From the NCBI GenBank assembly GCA_002269645.1, contig NIVC01001149.1, positions 248,001 through 312,000 of the forward strand: a DNA stretch of 64,000 nucleotides. Reading direction: 5' to 3'. Positions 1-12,819 of this stretch are shown in pieces. Made by a program: the position numbers and the translations under genes. How positions within the stretch are numbered: the stretch's first letter is position 1; each line of letters starts with the position of its first letter. The notes beneath the pieces are model-generated. The model searched no databases and had not been told where the DNA came from. It saw nothing but the letters and a program-made list of their open reading frames with translations. The DNA is from Macrostomum lignano (taxonomy: Eukaryota).

Positions 1-560
1 CCCCAGGACTCTTCATTGTGTCCCCAGGACTCTTCATTGTGTCCCCAGGACTCTTCATTGTGTCCCCAGGACTCTTCATTGTGTCCCCAGGACTCTTCAT
101 TGTGTCCCCAGGACTCTTCATTGTGTCCCCAGGACTCTTCATTGTGTCCCCAGGACTCTTCATTGTGTCCCCAGGGCTCTTCATTGTGTCCCCAGGGCTC
201 TTCATTGTGTCCCCAGGACTCTTCATTGTGTCAGAGCTCTTTGTTTTCCCTCAGCCTTCCTCTTGGTTTCCCAGAGCTTTTCATTGTGCCCCCAAGACTC
301 CTCAATTGGGCCTCAGAGCTGCTCAACGGTGTCTCAGAGCACATCAATGGTGTCTCAGAGCTCCTCATGGTGTTTCAAAGCTCCTCATGGTGTGTCAAAG
401 CTCTTCCTGGTGTCTCAGAGCTCCTCAGTGGTGTCTCAGGGCTCCTCAGTGGAGGCTCAGGGCTCCTCAGTGGAGTCTCAGGGCTCCTCGGTGGTGTCTC
501 AGAGCTCCTCAATGGTGTCTCTGAGCTCCTCAGTGGAGTCTCAGGGCTCCCAAATGGCGC
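1..560. repeat. 21-bp minisatellite (CCCCAGGACTCTTCATTGTGT)n at 1-230, followed by a degenerate 21-bp array (CTCAGAGCTCCTCAGTGGTGT-like) at about 300-560
   Basis: Tandem units read directly from the sequence. They account for ORFs 16..636 and 18..524. Confidence 0.95.
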
Positions 561-1815
561 TTTAGAGCTTCACATGGCGTTTCAAAAATGTGGTAAAGTG
601 GTTCCCACCACTTCGAGGAGCGGAATATCGTTTTAGAAAGAACCAAGCATGGCTCAAAAATACAGCTTGAGTTAAATGGTGGTTCAAAATTAAGACACAA
701 GAATCGAGCTAACGTTCAGCATGGACAACTAAAGCCACGAATTTACTTTAGTAGTCCTTGACGTTTCAAGGGTAAACAAATGTTTAGTTTCAGAATAAGT
801 CAAGACGTACGACTCGCAATGGTTAGAATAACACAGCCATTTTGTGTTTGTAACACTTATCTCATTGAATGCTTTCCATGTACCAATCCCAAAGCAAGGG
901 AAGGTACAGTTTTGTTGAGGTTAAATCCAGATTTTAGAATATATTATTTTTGTTAGGTAAATTTGTACTTCAAAGATACGTTTTTAACAACAGGGGCAGC
1001 TAGTGAAAACTGAAGTTTTAGAAAGAGCAATAGAACAGCATAGGTATATAAGGGCTAAAATTGAGTTCTATTGGACGGTAATTCAGAGCCGGCAGTCAAA
1101 GTTAAATAAAACGACAACATCAAGGCCTAGCATAGTAACATGACCTGTAGCCCGTACAATAGCGTAGCACATAATGTGTTACCTGTACTCTACACAGCGA
1201 GGGTGCTCACAGCCGACATAAAAACAGCTTTAGCTGGGATGCCACAAAAACTATGAAGAACAAAGAAAGCAGAAGAAAATCGAGAGAAACATGGTTGATA
1301 AACAATTATGAATAAGTTGATATTAAACATACAACACGATTTTGGTAGGAAAGCAGGACCAGTTGTGGAATGATTGGCAGGCAGTCAGAGAAATAAGGAG
1401 AATATAGTACGTTATAATAGCCATCATGGAATGCTGCATTATGACCTTTTTAGTAGTTTCTACAGATATATATTCACGTTAACAGTTGCTGTCGCTCCAC
1501 TGATAGAATAAAAAAGGTTCGTGACCAACTTGCCGATTTGTATACTTATTCGAATATCGCTTGGATAGAAACAGATATGAAATTGGTAAGAATTTGCTAT
1601 ATTTGACCGATGATTTTATATGCGTCTACAAAAACAAGAAAGTGGGGCTTAAAAAACGGCATTTAACAGAAAATCAAAAGTAAAACTCTCGAGTCAGCAA
1701 TCATTGACAAAGTATTATTAAAAAGCTTTTCAGCCACATGCCCTGTTTTGTTAAAGTGACTGACTGCGGCTCGTGAGTACAGCATCATCATCCGTTCTAA
1801 ATGGACAACCCGACG

Positions 1816-3123
<1,308 letters not shown>

Positions 3124-6100
3124 GAAAAAAGCAATTTACATAGTTCACTATTGCTACTACTACTAATGTATTTTAAAAACTAGATAATAAATATAATATG
3201 CCAATAATTCCATCAGAAGGGTCTGATATATATATATATGTGTTTGGTATTTTACACATTTTGGTATTTTACACATTTTACACAACATTTTTTAGCATAG
3301 GCAATTAAAGTAGTAAATAAAATACATATTGTCATGATTAAGTCGCTATAATAAAATTACAAAGCCATGAACTCATCGGTGGCCATTATTATCTGAGTAC
3401 AAGGGAGATAACAAAATATTGAAACCATGTGCCTGTGCATGTGCATGTGCATCTATTCTAAGACTTTTGAACTGGTATATGTGAGGTAATTTCAAATCCT
3501 AAAACATTTTTATTTGCATACATCATAATTAATTTTTCCTTTTCGCTTCACCAATATACCACAAACTTTTTGCCATACAAGAAAAGGAAAATGCTGTTTT
3601 TTAATTAAACTTCTATAAAGGCATGAAGCGGATTCGCTACTAAAATTTATGTACAATATACAACAATAGAAAAGTTTTCCAAGTTTCTATATAGTCAAAC
3701 GTGATTTTGATATTGTTGTTTAAAGTACAAGAGCGCATAATCTCTTTGACTAAACAGAAGCTAGCAGCCAACAATATGTGCATGTACAGCTGCTACACAA
3801 AATGATGACTGGTAAGCGTCTACTAAGCGGTAATGGCAAAATAAGCCAGATCCACAAAAAATGCGATAGCATAACTAAGTTAAAATGTAAACTAAAGCTG
3901 ACCAACATGCAAATAGGCATATTTAAATAAAGTACGCAAATATATAGAAAAAAATAAATCACTAGTAGAAGTCATTAAGCAATTTCTGTTTTTGTAACAA
4001 AAAGTATAAGAACATTTGTTTAAAATAAGGTACTTTTTAGCCAAGATTTAACTTACACTAATTTAACGTACTGTTTTTTAAGTGATTCGAATTGCAGCGC
4101 TGAGATCTCTGAACAAACGAGCAGCAATGTGCCTGCCACGCTGCTAAGTGCCAATTGCTAACAAAAAGAATACTTACTTGTAAACTAAGCAGCAGGGACT
4201 GCTGTAAAATGGGACTAATGGAGAAAACATTGCGGTGTATTGGTGGTAATATTATAATAACAATATTCCTGCTTGTTTGTTTTTTGGTTTTATATTAGGC
4301 CTCTATAGAAATTTGGGTCTCTAACTCTTTGGCTGACACAGGCACAGTTAACAGTTTTTTCCATTTACTTACCTTTTGGCCTTTTCCATAATTTTACTCA
4401 GTTTAATCATTTTAGGCCAATCTTACTTTCTTAGCAAGTTGATTTTGTTTTACTATTTAGTAGGGCCTAACTCTAAATTACTCTAGTCTAGGCAGTCCTG
4501 CATGCAAAAAATAGATGCTTAACAACATGTCTTGATGGCTTAGTAAAAGGTGTGTAGATATATATAGATAGGCCTAACTTAATTTTTTTAGTATTTTATT
4601 ATTTATCCAATAATATAATTGCATAGATGGAATTTCATAGATGTGACAAAAAGCCTTAAAAACGTTTTTGCAATTTTTTATTAGCTATTAATAACCAATG
4701 ACAATGTCTTTTTAATTTCTTTTTTCTATTAGTAGGCTTATATAATTACAATATACTATATAGGACTAGGTCCTATAGTCTGGATCAAAGCAAGCATAGG
4801 CCTATACCAGAAAGAAAATTAATGTTTTTTTCATTCATGCAGTAAAAAATGCAGTGCAATACAAAAAGGTAGAGAGAATAAGCCTATAGATATGACATAA
4901 AAGCAGCGATACAAGAAAAAAGAAAGTATAGACTATAAGTAGGGACTTCAGTGAGTTATAAGAAGTGCGTGCCAATGGCAAAAAAGTAAGAAAAAAGTCC
5001 AATTTTTCAAGGGCGATTTTAAAGAAACTATAGAAGCCAGGATGAAAGTAAAATATGCATTTAAAAGGTAAAAAGGAGCTCTTTCAAATGACACCAACTG
5101 CAAGTCTAGCTTTGTTATACTTTTTGCACTGTCTATTTTTAAAGTTGACCATTTTTTAGGAGGAATATAAAATTGAAGCCAAAATGAATAAAAAAACAGT
5201 GGTTCAGAAAATGCTTTTTCTTAGCTGCAATGTGTTTCTTATAATGGAAACAAAGGTTTTATAGTGTAAAGGGATAATTTAGAAACATTTTTCTGGTGTT
5301 AAAAAAATTTTTTTTTTCTTTTAATGCCCATATGGCTCTATGCAAAATTTCAAATCCAAAATTTTCCATGAAATCCTTTTCCTGCATTGTTTCTCTTTAT
5401 ATTTTTCATTACCTATTGACAATACAAGCACAGTAAAAAAAACCGCTTGCCAATAGCTATAGGCGCAAAAATTTTGTGGAGGTTTCTTTTTTTGATACGT
5501 TTACATGTAAAATACCCATTGAAACGTGTATTTCGTGTTTTTTGTGAGACTCTGCCTTCCGGCAAACTAGTTCTCTGTGTCATTTAACTAATTCTGCTAT
5601 GCTGAACACGATAGGCAAAACCGTTTTTTAATAAACCCATGCGCAAAGCCTGTACAGCACATTACATTGCAGTTGGGGTGTCTGTCATGCATTAAAAATT
5701 TAGGGCAAGAAGTAGAATAGTATTATAGTAGGTAAAAACCTGAACAAAATGACACTAGCCTTGTATAAATTAAGCAAGCAGAACAGATGCTATTGTATTT
5801 TTAAAATTGCAATCATTGCGTATCTGGTTAAAATAGTCAAAATTTCATACACCCATCCTGTTTCAATTAGCTTAGCAACTTGGGCATATAAAATAATATT
5901 AAAATATATAATTCATACAATTAACACTAAAAAACTGAACAAAATGACACCAAGCACAGTCATTTTGGTTGGCTAGAAAATTAATTACAAGTGTTCAAAG
6001 ACAAAAAGCCAACTTTTTGGCCAAAAATGATCACAAACCGTAATGTAAAAATTCCATTGGCTAAAGGCACAAATCGGGGTTACTAAAATAGCTGTAGTTT

Positions 6101-6219
6101 CCTTATTACTCAACCAAATCACTAAAGTTTGGCCATTTTGGAAATGGGAAAGTAAGATCTATCTAGTGAAATAGCAGCCTATAACAATTTCTGAAATTTA
6201 ATTTTCTCACTGAAGTGCC

Positions 6220-6780
6220 TACTATAAGATAGAAGAGAAAATAGATAAAGATAAGAGATGCAAAAAAGAAACAAAAATAAATAAAAGAGACAATGCAAGA
6301 AGAGAGAAAAAAGAAAAGGGATAGAAGAGAGATAAAAAAGCAGAAGAAAGATACAAGTACAAGAGAAGAGAGAAGAGAAGAGAGAAAAAAAGGAAGGAGA
6401 AAAGAGAAGAAATGGGATAAGGGAGAGGAGAGAGGATAAGAGAGAAGACAGGAGGGAGTAGAGCCAAAAGACAAAAGAGAAAAAAATAAGAGAGTAGAGA
6501 TGAAGAACACGAGAAAAGATGAAAAAGTAAGGAGAAGAGATAAAAAATTAGAGAGGAGAAAGAAGAGAATAGATATATAAGAGCAAAGAAAGGAAAAATG
6601 GAAGATAATATAATAGAGATAAGGGAAAAGAGCAGAGATGATAGAGTAGAAAGAAGAGATGAAAGATTAGAGAATAGATATAAGAGCAAAGAAAGGAGAG
6701 ATAGGAGATGATAAATAAAAGTTAGAGCAGAAAAGAAAGATAAGAGATGAGAGACCAAAAAGGAGAGAGGAGGCATGAGA
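6220..6780. repeat. Purine-rich (GA/GAAA) low-complexity tract
   Basis: Almost only A and G on the + strand. Explains the spurious Leu/Phe/Ser ORFs 6163..6510 and 6222..6776. Confidence 0.85.
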
Positions 6781-6869
6781 GTCTCAGTCTAAACAATAAT
6801 AGTAGAGAAATGATATTTGAGAGGTTCTATAGAAGATAGAACCTCTTCTATAGAACCTCAAATGGAGAA

Positions 6870-7133
6870 TGTCGCGTCGTTTAATTAAGAGTTCAACTGA
6901 GCAACACGATGATTTGGTATTGTAAATAAACGATGTCTCAGTCTCGATATATTAATCATAAACGATGCTAACACAAACGAAGCTCAATATATAATTATTA
7001 ACGCATTGGGGTGGCGGGGCGCACGGGGTACGAAATCGGGTGGTGGGTACACTGGATGTACAGTCAATATTTCAATAGTCAATCAGCTAGTCACTTAGTC
7101 ATAAGTACAGCGGTAGAATCCAGCGCTGCCTCA
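6870..7133 (-). repeat. 3' LTR of the Gypsy element
   Basis: Matches 10977-11241. On the minus strand it starts TGAGGCAGCG and ends CGACGCGACA. Confidence 0.95.
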
Positions 7134-10100
7134 TCTCCCCCCTTCGAAACGGATAGGGGGCACGCCTCGAGTTGACCGAGCTGGGTAGCGACGTACTGCT
7201 GTTTGACTTGGGCCTTGTTCGGATTCGGTGGGTGGGTCCCGACTGAGTTCGCCAGGCGGGTCCTGACCGAGTTCGCCAGGCGGGTCCTGACCGAGTTCGC
7301 CAGGTGGGTCCTGACCGAGTTCGCCAGGCGGGTCCTGACCGAGTTCGCCAGGCGGGTCCTGACCGAGTTCGCCAGGCGGGTCCTGACCGAGTTCGATAGG
7401 TAGGCTCCGGCCGAATCGGTTTGGCTGGACCTGGTCTTCTACAACGCGTCTCAGCTGATCCGCATGCGCCAGGGCGATGCGACCGCCTTGACGAGCGATT
7501 AGGGCGGTGTTGGTTCCCTTCTGCACGACGAACTCAGCTCGCTCCTGACGCTGCTGATCTCCAGGCGTGTACCACAGGCTCGCTCCGATTGGTGTGCGCA
7601 TGGTTATCGGGTTGCGTAGTTGTCGACCCATGAGCTGTGACGGGCTCTGCTGGCGCCCAGCATGCGGCACACACCTGTAGTTTAGGAGTACCCTGGACAG
7701 GAACGACTCGTAGCTTTCGGACTGGTCCCATGCCGCAGATGCTCTCTTGATAGACTGGACCATCCGCTCGGCCAAGCCGTTAGACTGAGGGTGTCGCGGG
7801 GGAGTCTTGATGGCGCGGCAGCTGATTCTTTCCAGCCAGGCGATCAGATTGGCGTCGTGGAACTCGGCGGCGTTGTCGCTGACCAGCACATGAGGCACGC
7901 CGTTCCTAGCAAAGACTGTCTGCAACACCCGCTTGACTGTCACCGCGTCCCTGTTTTGCACTCGTACAGCCTCGGGCCAGCCGGACATAGCGTCAACTAG
8001 AATGAGCAGGAGTCCGACCCTCGGCACACACGCATGATCCATGTGGACCCTGTGCCACGGCTTTTCCTCGTCGGGCCACCTGTGGACACTCTCCAGACCA
8101 CTCGGGCGCAGTCTTGAGCAGGTCGGGCAACCTCGAACGTAGGCCTCGACGTCGCTGCAATAGCCGGGCCACCAGGCTGAGTTCTGTAGGCGAGCGCGCG
8201 TTGAGCCAGATCCCTGATGCGTATCGTGCACAATTCCAAGAACGCCTTGTCGGAGGACAGCCGGGATGACTGGGCGATCACCGTAGCAGAGAACTCCGTT
8301 GTCGGTCGTGAGGGCGTGTCGGATGGCCTTGAAAGGTCGTTCGGCTGGCGAGCAGTTTGACCATCTGTTGACAGCAACGCGTTTCATGACATCAAGCAGC
8401 AGTCGGTCCCTTTTGGTCTCTGATTTCAGCTCCTGCCACGGGATCACAGCCTCGCCAGTCCAGTGAATGATGCTTTCCGGCCGCTCTGTCAGCTCGGTGT
8501 CGCTGTCACCTTCAAAATCCAGCCGCGAAAGTGCATCTACTTGCGGAATCGATTCGCCTTTAGTGTAGACGATGTCATAGTCAAAGGCCATCAGTTTGAT
8601 TGCCCATCGGAGAAGTCTCGCATTGGCAACCTTCGGCAGCTGGCGCCTCGACCCGAAGATGAATTCTAGCGGGCGATGATCCGTTCTGAGTGTGAAGCGC
8701 GACCCTAATAGGAACTGTTTCGCACGCTCCATAGCCCAAACGATCGCCAGCGCCTCTCTCTCGATGTTTGAATACCCTGCTTCTGCACTGCTCAGTTTCC
8801 GGCTGAAGTACATGATCGGGTGGTTGCCCTGCGAGAGGATCGCTCCGATGGCTTTCTCGCTAGCATTGGTAGTGAGCGTGGTCTCTTTGTGCTTGTCATA
8901 CGGTTTGATTACAGGCTCGCTGCAGAGCAGATCCTTGATTCGCGTGAAGGCAGCTTCCTGGGCTGGGCCCCAGACAAACTCAACGTTTCGGCCCCGGAGT
9001 TGATTGAGCGGTTCTATGACGTCAGAGTAATTCTTAATAAACCTCCCGAAGAAGTTGGAAAGTCCTAGAAACGATTCGAGCTGCTTTCTGTCCTTCGGCG
9101 AGTTCACTGAGCAAATTTTTCCGACCAGATTGGGGTCCGGGGTGATCCCGCTCGCGCTGATGCTGTAGCCGAGGAATCTGACCTCCGTTGTGCATAGATT
9201 GGACTTTTCTAGGTTGATCGTCATTCCAGCAGTTCGCATCGTCTGGAGAACGTGCTGCACTTTGCTCCTTAATTCGGCGTTGGACTTCGCTCCCAGAAGG
9301 ACGTCATCCTGGTAGACAATCTTGTTGCTGACATCCTGTAGGATTGTTTCCATGGCTTTCTGGAAAATGGCCGATGCAGATTTCAGCCCGGGAACCAGCC
9401 TTTTGTAGCAGAAGAGACCCAAAGGTGTCGCAATTGTCGTCACCTCTCGGCTATCTTCATCGAGTTCGATTTGCAGGTAAGCATCAGAGAGATCCAGTTT
9501 AGCAAAGTGCGACATGCCTGCTATCTCAGAAAAAATCGTCTCCATCTCCGGGATCGGGTAGGTGTCATTGCATATCTGGTGATTGACACCAGCTTTAAAA
9601 TCGGCACAGACACGAACCTTTCCATTTGGCTTGAGCACGTTGACAATAGGCGATGCCCACTGGCTGCCTCCGGGAGGGACCGCCTCAATGATACCCTCGG
9701 ATTCCATTCTTTGCAGCTCGCGCACCACCAAGTCTCTGAGGTGTAGCGGCACGGACCAGGCAGCACAATAGAACGCTTTGGCTCCTTCCACCAGTCTAAT
9801 CTTAGCTTTGAACCCTTTGAGGCATCCGAGCTGTTGGACCGCGTTGATGGTGACCGCGTCTTCTTGGAGCTTTATGTTGTCCATGCCAAGCAGACCGTGC
9901 TTCTTCTCCGCGGCGGTGACAACCAGGTCAATCGTGACGAATTTCGAGTTGGTCTCGAGTGACGCAGTGAATTCCCCGAGGCAGGCGATGCTGGAGCCGT
10001 CGAACTGCCGGAGAATTCTCCTGCACTTGCGCAGGGTGGGCCGGCCCAGCTGGCGCCAGAGGTTCTGCGGAATCAGACTGATCTCAGCTCCGGTGTCGAC

Positions 10101-10976
10101 TTGCATTGAGATACCCTGGCCGTTGATTTTGATGGTCTTGAAGAGGCCCGCTTTAGCTCTGTTGGGGCTAAGAGTATACACGTCTGCTTCTTCTGCGTCG
10201 ACTGCGATTTCCTGATGGACAGCTCGTGATCTGCAGACAGCCGCAAAGTGATTTCTTTTTTGGCACTTGGAGCATTTTTTGCCGTAGGCTGGGCAGTTGC
10301 CCCTCAGGTGATTGGCGCCGCAGAACCCGCATTTGATTGACGGCTGCGGCTTGGCAGGTGAGGAGACTCCCCTTTGTTGACCAGCGAAGGCGATGTCAGC
10401 AGGAGCCGGCGTGTTGTAGTCACGGATCTGCTCAAGCTGCTGCAAATTCTGCAAAATCCTGTCGAGTGGCGTTTCTCCATCTTCGTTTTGTAGGCGCTCC
10501 AAGATTCTTTTTTTGTGCTCTGAGGAGTTGAGGCCGTCAATTAATCGCATGGTAATCATGTCGTCCTCCTTTGTTTGCTTGCTGCCCAGCTTTTCAAACT
10601 CGCAGTGTGACGTAGCAGCCCTCAGCCTCCGGTAGTAGGCTATGACGGTCTCACCCGATTCCTGCTTCAAGCTGAGGAACCTGGTGCGTTCGGCAATTAC
10701 AAGTGACTTTTTCGGCCGGATCGTCTCGTCAACTAGCTTTTTGATGTCATCGAATTTCATCTCATCCAGTTTTTTTGGTGCTGCCATTAGGGATAGCGTG
10801 CGAATTGCCTGAAGGCCGGCCTTAGATAAAAATAGGTCAGTTTTGTCCCGAGCCTCATCCGAGTCTGTTAGCTTTTTGATGCGCGCTGTGGCTGAGAGTC
10901 GCTGCATCCATGCTTCGGCCATGTTGGCGTCGTCCAAATTGAGTTCATGACTCTGCCTTTCTGCTTGCGACGCCAT
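7131..10976 (-). CDS. Gag-Pol polyprotein (Zn knuckles, aspartic protease, RT, RNase H, integrase), 1281 aa
   Basis: CGFCGANHLRGNC / CSKCQKRNHFAAVC knuckles; protease VDTGA; RT KLDLSDAYLQ and YQDD; RNase H TTNAS..ERE..TDH; integrase HDTH..CPTC, HMD..SDN..GLAER. Order PR-RT-RH-IN is Ty3/Gypsy. Confidence 0.96.
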   Translation of the reverse strand: MASQAERQSHELNLDDANMAEAWMQRLSATARIKKLTDSDEARDKTDLFLSKAGLQAIRTLSLMAAPKKLDEMKFDDIKKLVDETIRPKKSLVIAERTRFLSLKQESGETVIAYYRRLRAATSHCEFEKLGSKQTKEDDMITMRLIDGLNSSEHKKRILERLQNEDGETPLDRILQNLQQLEQIRDYNTPAPADIAFAGQQRGVSSPAKPQPSIKCGFCGANHLRGNCPAYGKKCSKCQKRNHFAAVCRSRAVHQEIAVDAEEADVYTLSPNRAKAGLFKTIKINGQGISMQVDTGAEISLIPQNLWRQLGRPTLRKCRRILRQFDGSSIACLGEFTASLETNSKFVTIDLVVTAAEKKHGLLGMDNIKLQEDAVTINAVQQLGCLKGFKAKIRLVEGAKAFYCAAWSVPLHLRDLVVRELQRMESEGIIEAVPPGGSQWASPIVNVLKPNGKVRVCADFKAGVNHQICNDTYPIPEMETIFSEIAGMSHFAKLDLSDAYLQIELDEDSREVTTIATPLGLFCYKRLVPGLKSASAIFQKAMETILQDVSNKIVYQDDVLLGAKSNAELRSKVQHVLQTMRTAGMTINLEKSNLCTTEVRFLGYSISASGITPDPNLVGKICSVNSPKDRKQLESFLGLSNFFGRFIKNYSDVIEPLNQLRGRNVEFVWGPAQEAAFTRIKDLLCSEPVIKPYDKHKETTLTTNASEKAIGAILSQGNHPIMYFSRKLSSAEAGYSNIEREALAIVWAMERAKQFLLGSRFTLRTDHRPLEFIFGSRRQLPKVANARLLRWAIKLMAFDYDIVYTKGESIPQVDALSRLDFEGDSDTELTERPESIIHWTGEAVIPWQELKSETKRDRLLLDVMKRVAVNRWSNCSPAERPFKAIRHALTTDNGVLCYGDRPVIPAVLRQGVLGIVHDTHQGSGSTRARLQNSAWWPGYCSDVEAYVRGCPTCSRLRPSGLESVHRWPDEEKPWHRVHMDHACVPRVGLLLILVDAMSGWPEAVRVQNRDAVTVKRVLQTVFARNGVPHVLVSDNAAEFHDANLIAWLERISCRAIKTPPRHPQSNGLAERMVQSIKRASAAWDQSESYESFLSRVLLNYRCVPHAGRQQSPSQLMGRQLRNPITMRTPIGASLWYTPGDQQRQERAEFVVQKGTNTALIARQGGRIALAHADQLRRVVEDQVQPNRFGRSLPIELGQDPPGELGQDPPGELGQDPPGELGQDPPGELGQDPPGELGQDPPGELSRDPPTESEQGPSQTAVRRYPARSTRGVPPIRFEGGR
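7134..7145 (-). promoter_or_regulatory. Polypurine tract (GAAGGGGGGAGA) next to the 3' LTR
   Basis: Purine run directly before the TG of the 3' LTR on the minus strand. Confidence 0.85.
7240..7396. repeat. 24-bp tandem repeat within the integrase C-terminal tail (PPGELGQD)n, about 6.5 copies
   Basis: GACCGAGTTCGCCAGGCGGGTCCT units, in frame with the polyprotein. Confidence 0.9.
10958..10975 (-). promoter_or_regulatory. Putative primer-binding site (TGGCGTCGCAAGCAG...) overlapping the gag ATG
   Basis: Starts 1 nt after the 5' LTR with TGG, the complement of tRNA CCA. The implied tRNA end ...CTGCTTGCGACG-CCA has a G discriminator like tRNA-Ser, but the tRNA identity is not verified. Confidence 0.65.
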
Positions 10977-11241
10977 TGTCGCGTCGTTTAATTAAGAGTT
11001 CAACTGAGCAACACGATGATTTGGTATTGTAAATAAACGATGTCTCAGTCTCGATATATTAATCATAAACGATGCTAACACAAACGAAGCTCAATATATA
11101 ATTATTAACGCATTGGGGTGGCGGGGCGCACGGGGTACGAAATCGGGGTGGTGGGTACACTGGATGTACAGTCAATATTTCAATAGTCAATCAGCTAGTC
11201 ACTTAGTCATAAGTACAGCGGTAGAATCCAGCGCTGCCTCA
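10977..11241 (-). repeat. 5' LTR of the Gypsy element
   Basis: Matches 6870-7133. Confidence 0.95.
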
Positions 11242-12819
11242 GCGATTTGAAAGATAGAATTTGGGTCATAGGATAGATTTCAGGGAGTGAAGTTCTGGCA
11301 ATAGTTCTATCCCCTTTCTCTTCCAATAGAGGAGTTGGCCTTATTCATTATAATACTAAGGCTTATTGATCTAAATATGTTCATTAGGCCTACTTTATTA
11401 ATTATAATGGTATTATATATTGAAGTTTCAGTTTGAGCCAGTGATAAGGTAAGAGTTTGGCAAATCTGCAGTGCAAATAAGAAAATAAATAGTTTTAAAA
11501 AGTAAAACAGGGAATAAAAAAGAATGAAAGGGTTGAATAAATTGGTCATTTATTATAGGTTTAAATGATATACAAGCTTAGTATATAAAACAAATGCATT
11601 TCCAATAAAAAATATGCCCCACTGAAAGCAGGAGCAAAAAATGGTTAGCATTAAATCAGCAAGAGGGAGGGGGGCTAGCCTAATAAGATCTAGATGCTTA
11701 GGATTAGAAGGTTGGACAAAGGCCTTTATTGTATGTGAAACTTTATAATTTTTTGTTGGGCATGATTGTGATTGTGATTATGATAATTATTACTAATGAA
11801 AATTTACATTTAGTGCCACACTTGAGATTTGTTAAATTGTTTGTTAAATTGTTTTGTTAAATTGTTGCTAAAATGAAAATCATAATCTTGGATTTAAATT
11901 TTATAAGTCATGATTGTAAAAATGTGTTTTGAGACCACAATTTTATGATAATGCTCTTGTGATCATGTTTGACCCCTACTCAGGATGCAAGGACTCTGGT
12001 TAGTAGGCTATAGAAGGTCCTGGCAATGGAAAAGACAGATCCTAAGCAATGGGCCCAAGATGACAAGACATTTTATCATGCAATATTTGTCTAAAAGACT
12101 ATCTTAGAAAAGGACCATGTGGAAATTTGCTTGTTATATATGCAAAAAAGTTAAATATTAAATGAAATTCAAAAAATAAAATAGTGGTAGCTCCCCACCA
12201 CAGTTTCTTTTTGAAGTCTTCTAATAAAAGATAACAGTTTATTATAATTCTAATAAAAGTTGTAAATAAGTAATTTATATGTAGATTTATATTATGTTAT
12301 CTCCTTGATTCTATCCGGTCAATTTTTTTAGCCAAGGTCTAAAGTGTGCTTTACTAGAAGCTTCCATTTGCTATGCTAGACTCTAATCTCTTCCTATTAT
12401 ATATATTCTTACCTTCTATATTTGCCTCCATATCCATATGTTTTTGTATTCCATTCATGCTTAATAGTAGGAATATCAAGCTTTTTTATAAAACTTATTT
12501 AAACCTACTTTAACTAACCTACTAGCTAGCCATATTGGCTAGGTTAGCTTATATTCATATACTAGTATTAATTTTTTTAATCTACAATTTTTCAATTTCA
12601 TAATTTCATGTGCTATAAAGTTTTTAAAAATTGCCTTCAAATAAATTCATATAAGCTACTTAAATGTAATAAATGCAGAGTAATATATTTTAAACAGTAA
12701 ATAAAATGCAATAGTCAGATTCAAAATAAGTTACTGATACAATTGATATATATTACACAATAAGCATTGTAGATATCAATTATAGCAAATTAAAAAAGAA
12801 ACTTCTGCTTATTAGTTGT

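Larger units (their letters stand above)
6870..11241 (-). mobile_element. Full-length Ty3/Gypsy LTR retrotransposon (Mag-like), 4372 bp
   Basis: Two direct repeats, 6870-7133 (264 bp) and 10977-11241 (265 bp), with TG...CA ends; by eye they differ by one G indel. A single gag-pol ORF lies between them, with a PPT and a putative PBS. No target-site duplication found. Confidence 0.96.

Noticed and set aside
4900-6160. Possible decayed DNA-transposon remnant
   Set aside because: AT-rich with a short repeated motif (CTGAACAAAATGACAC twice), but no TIRs, TSD or transposase motif were identified.
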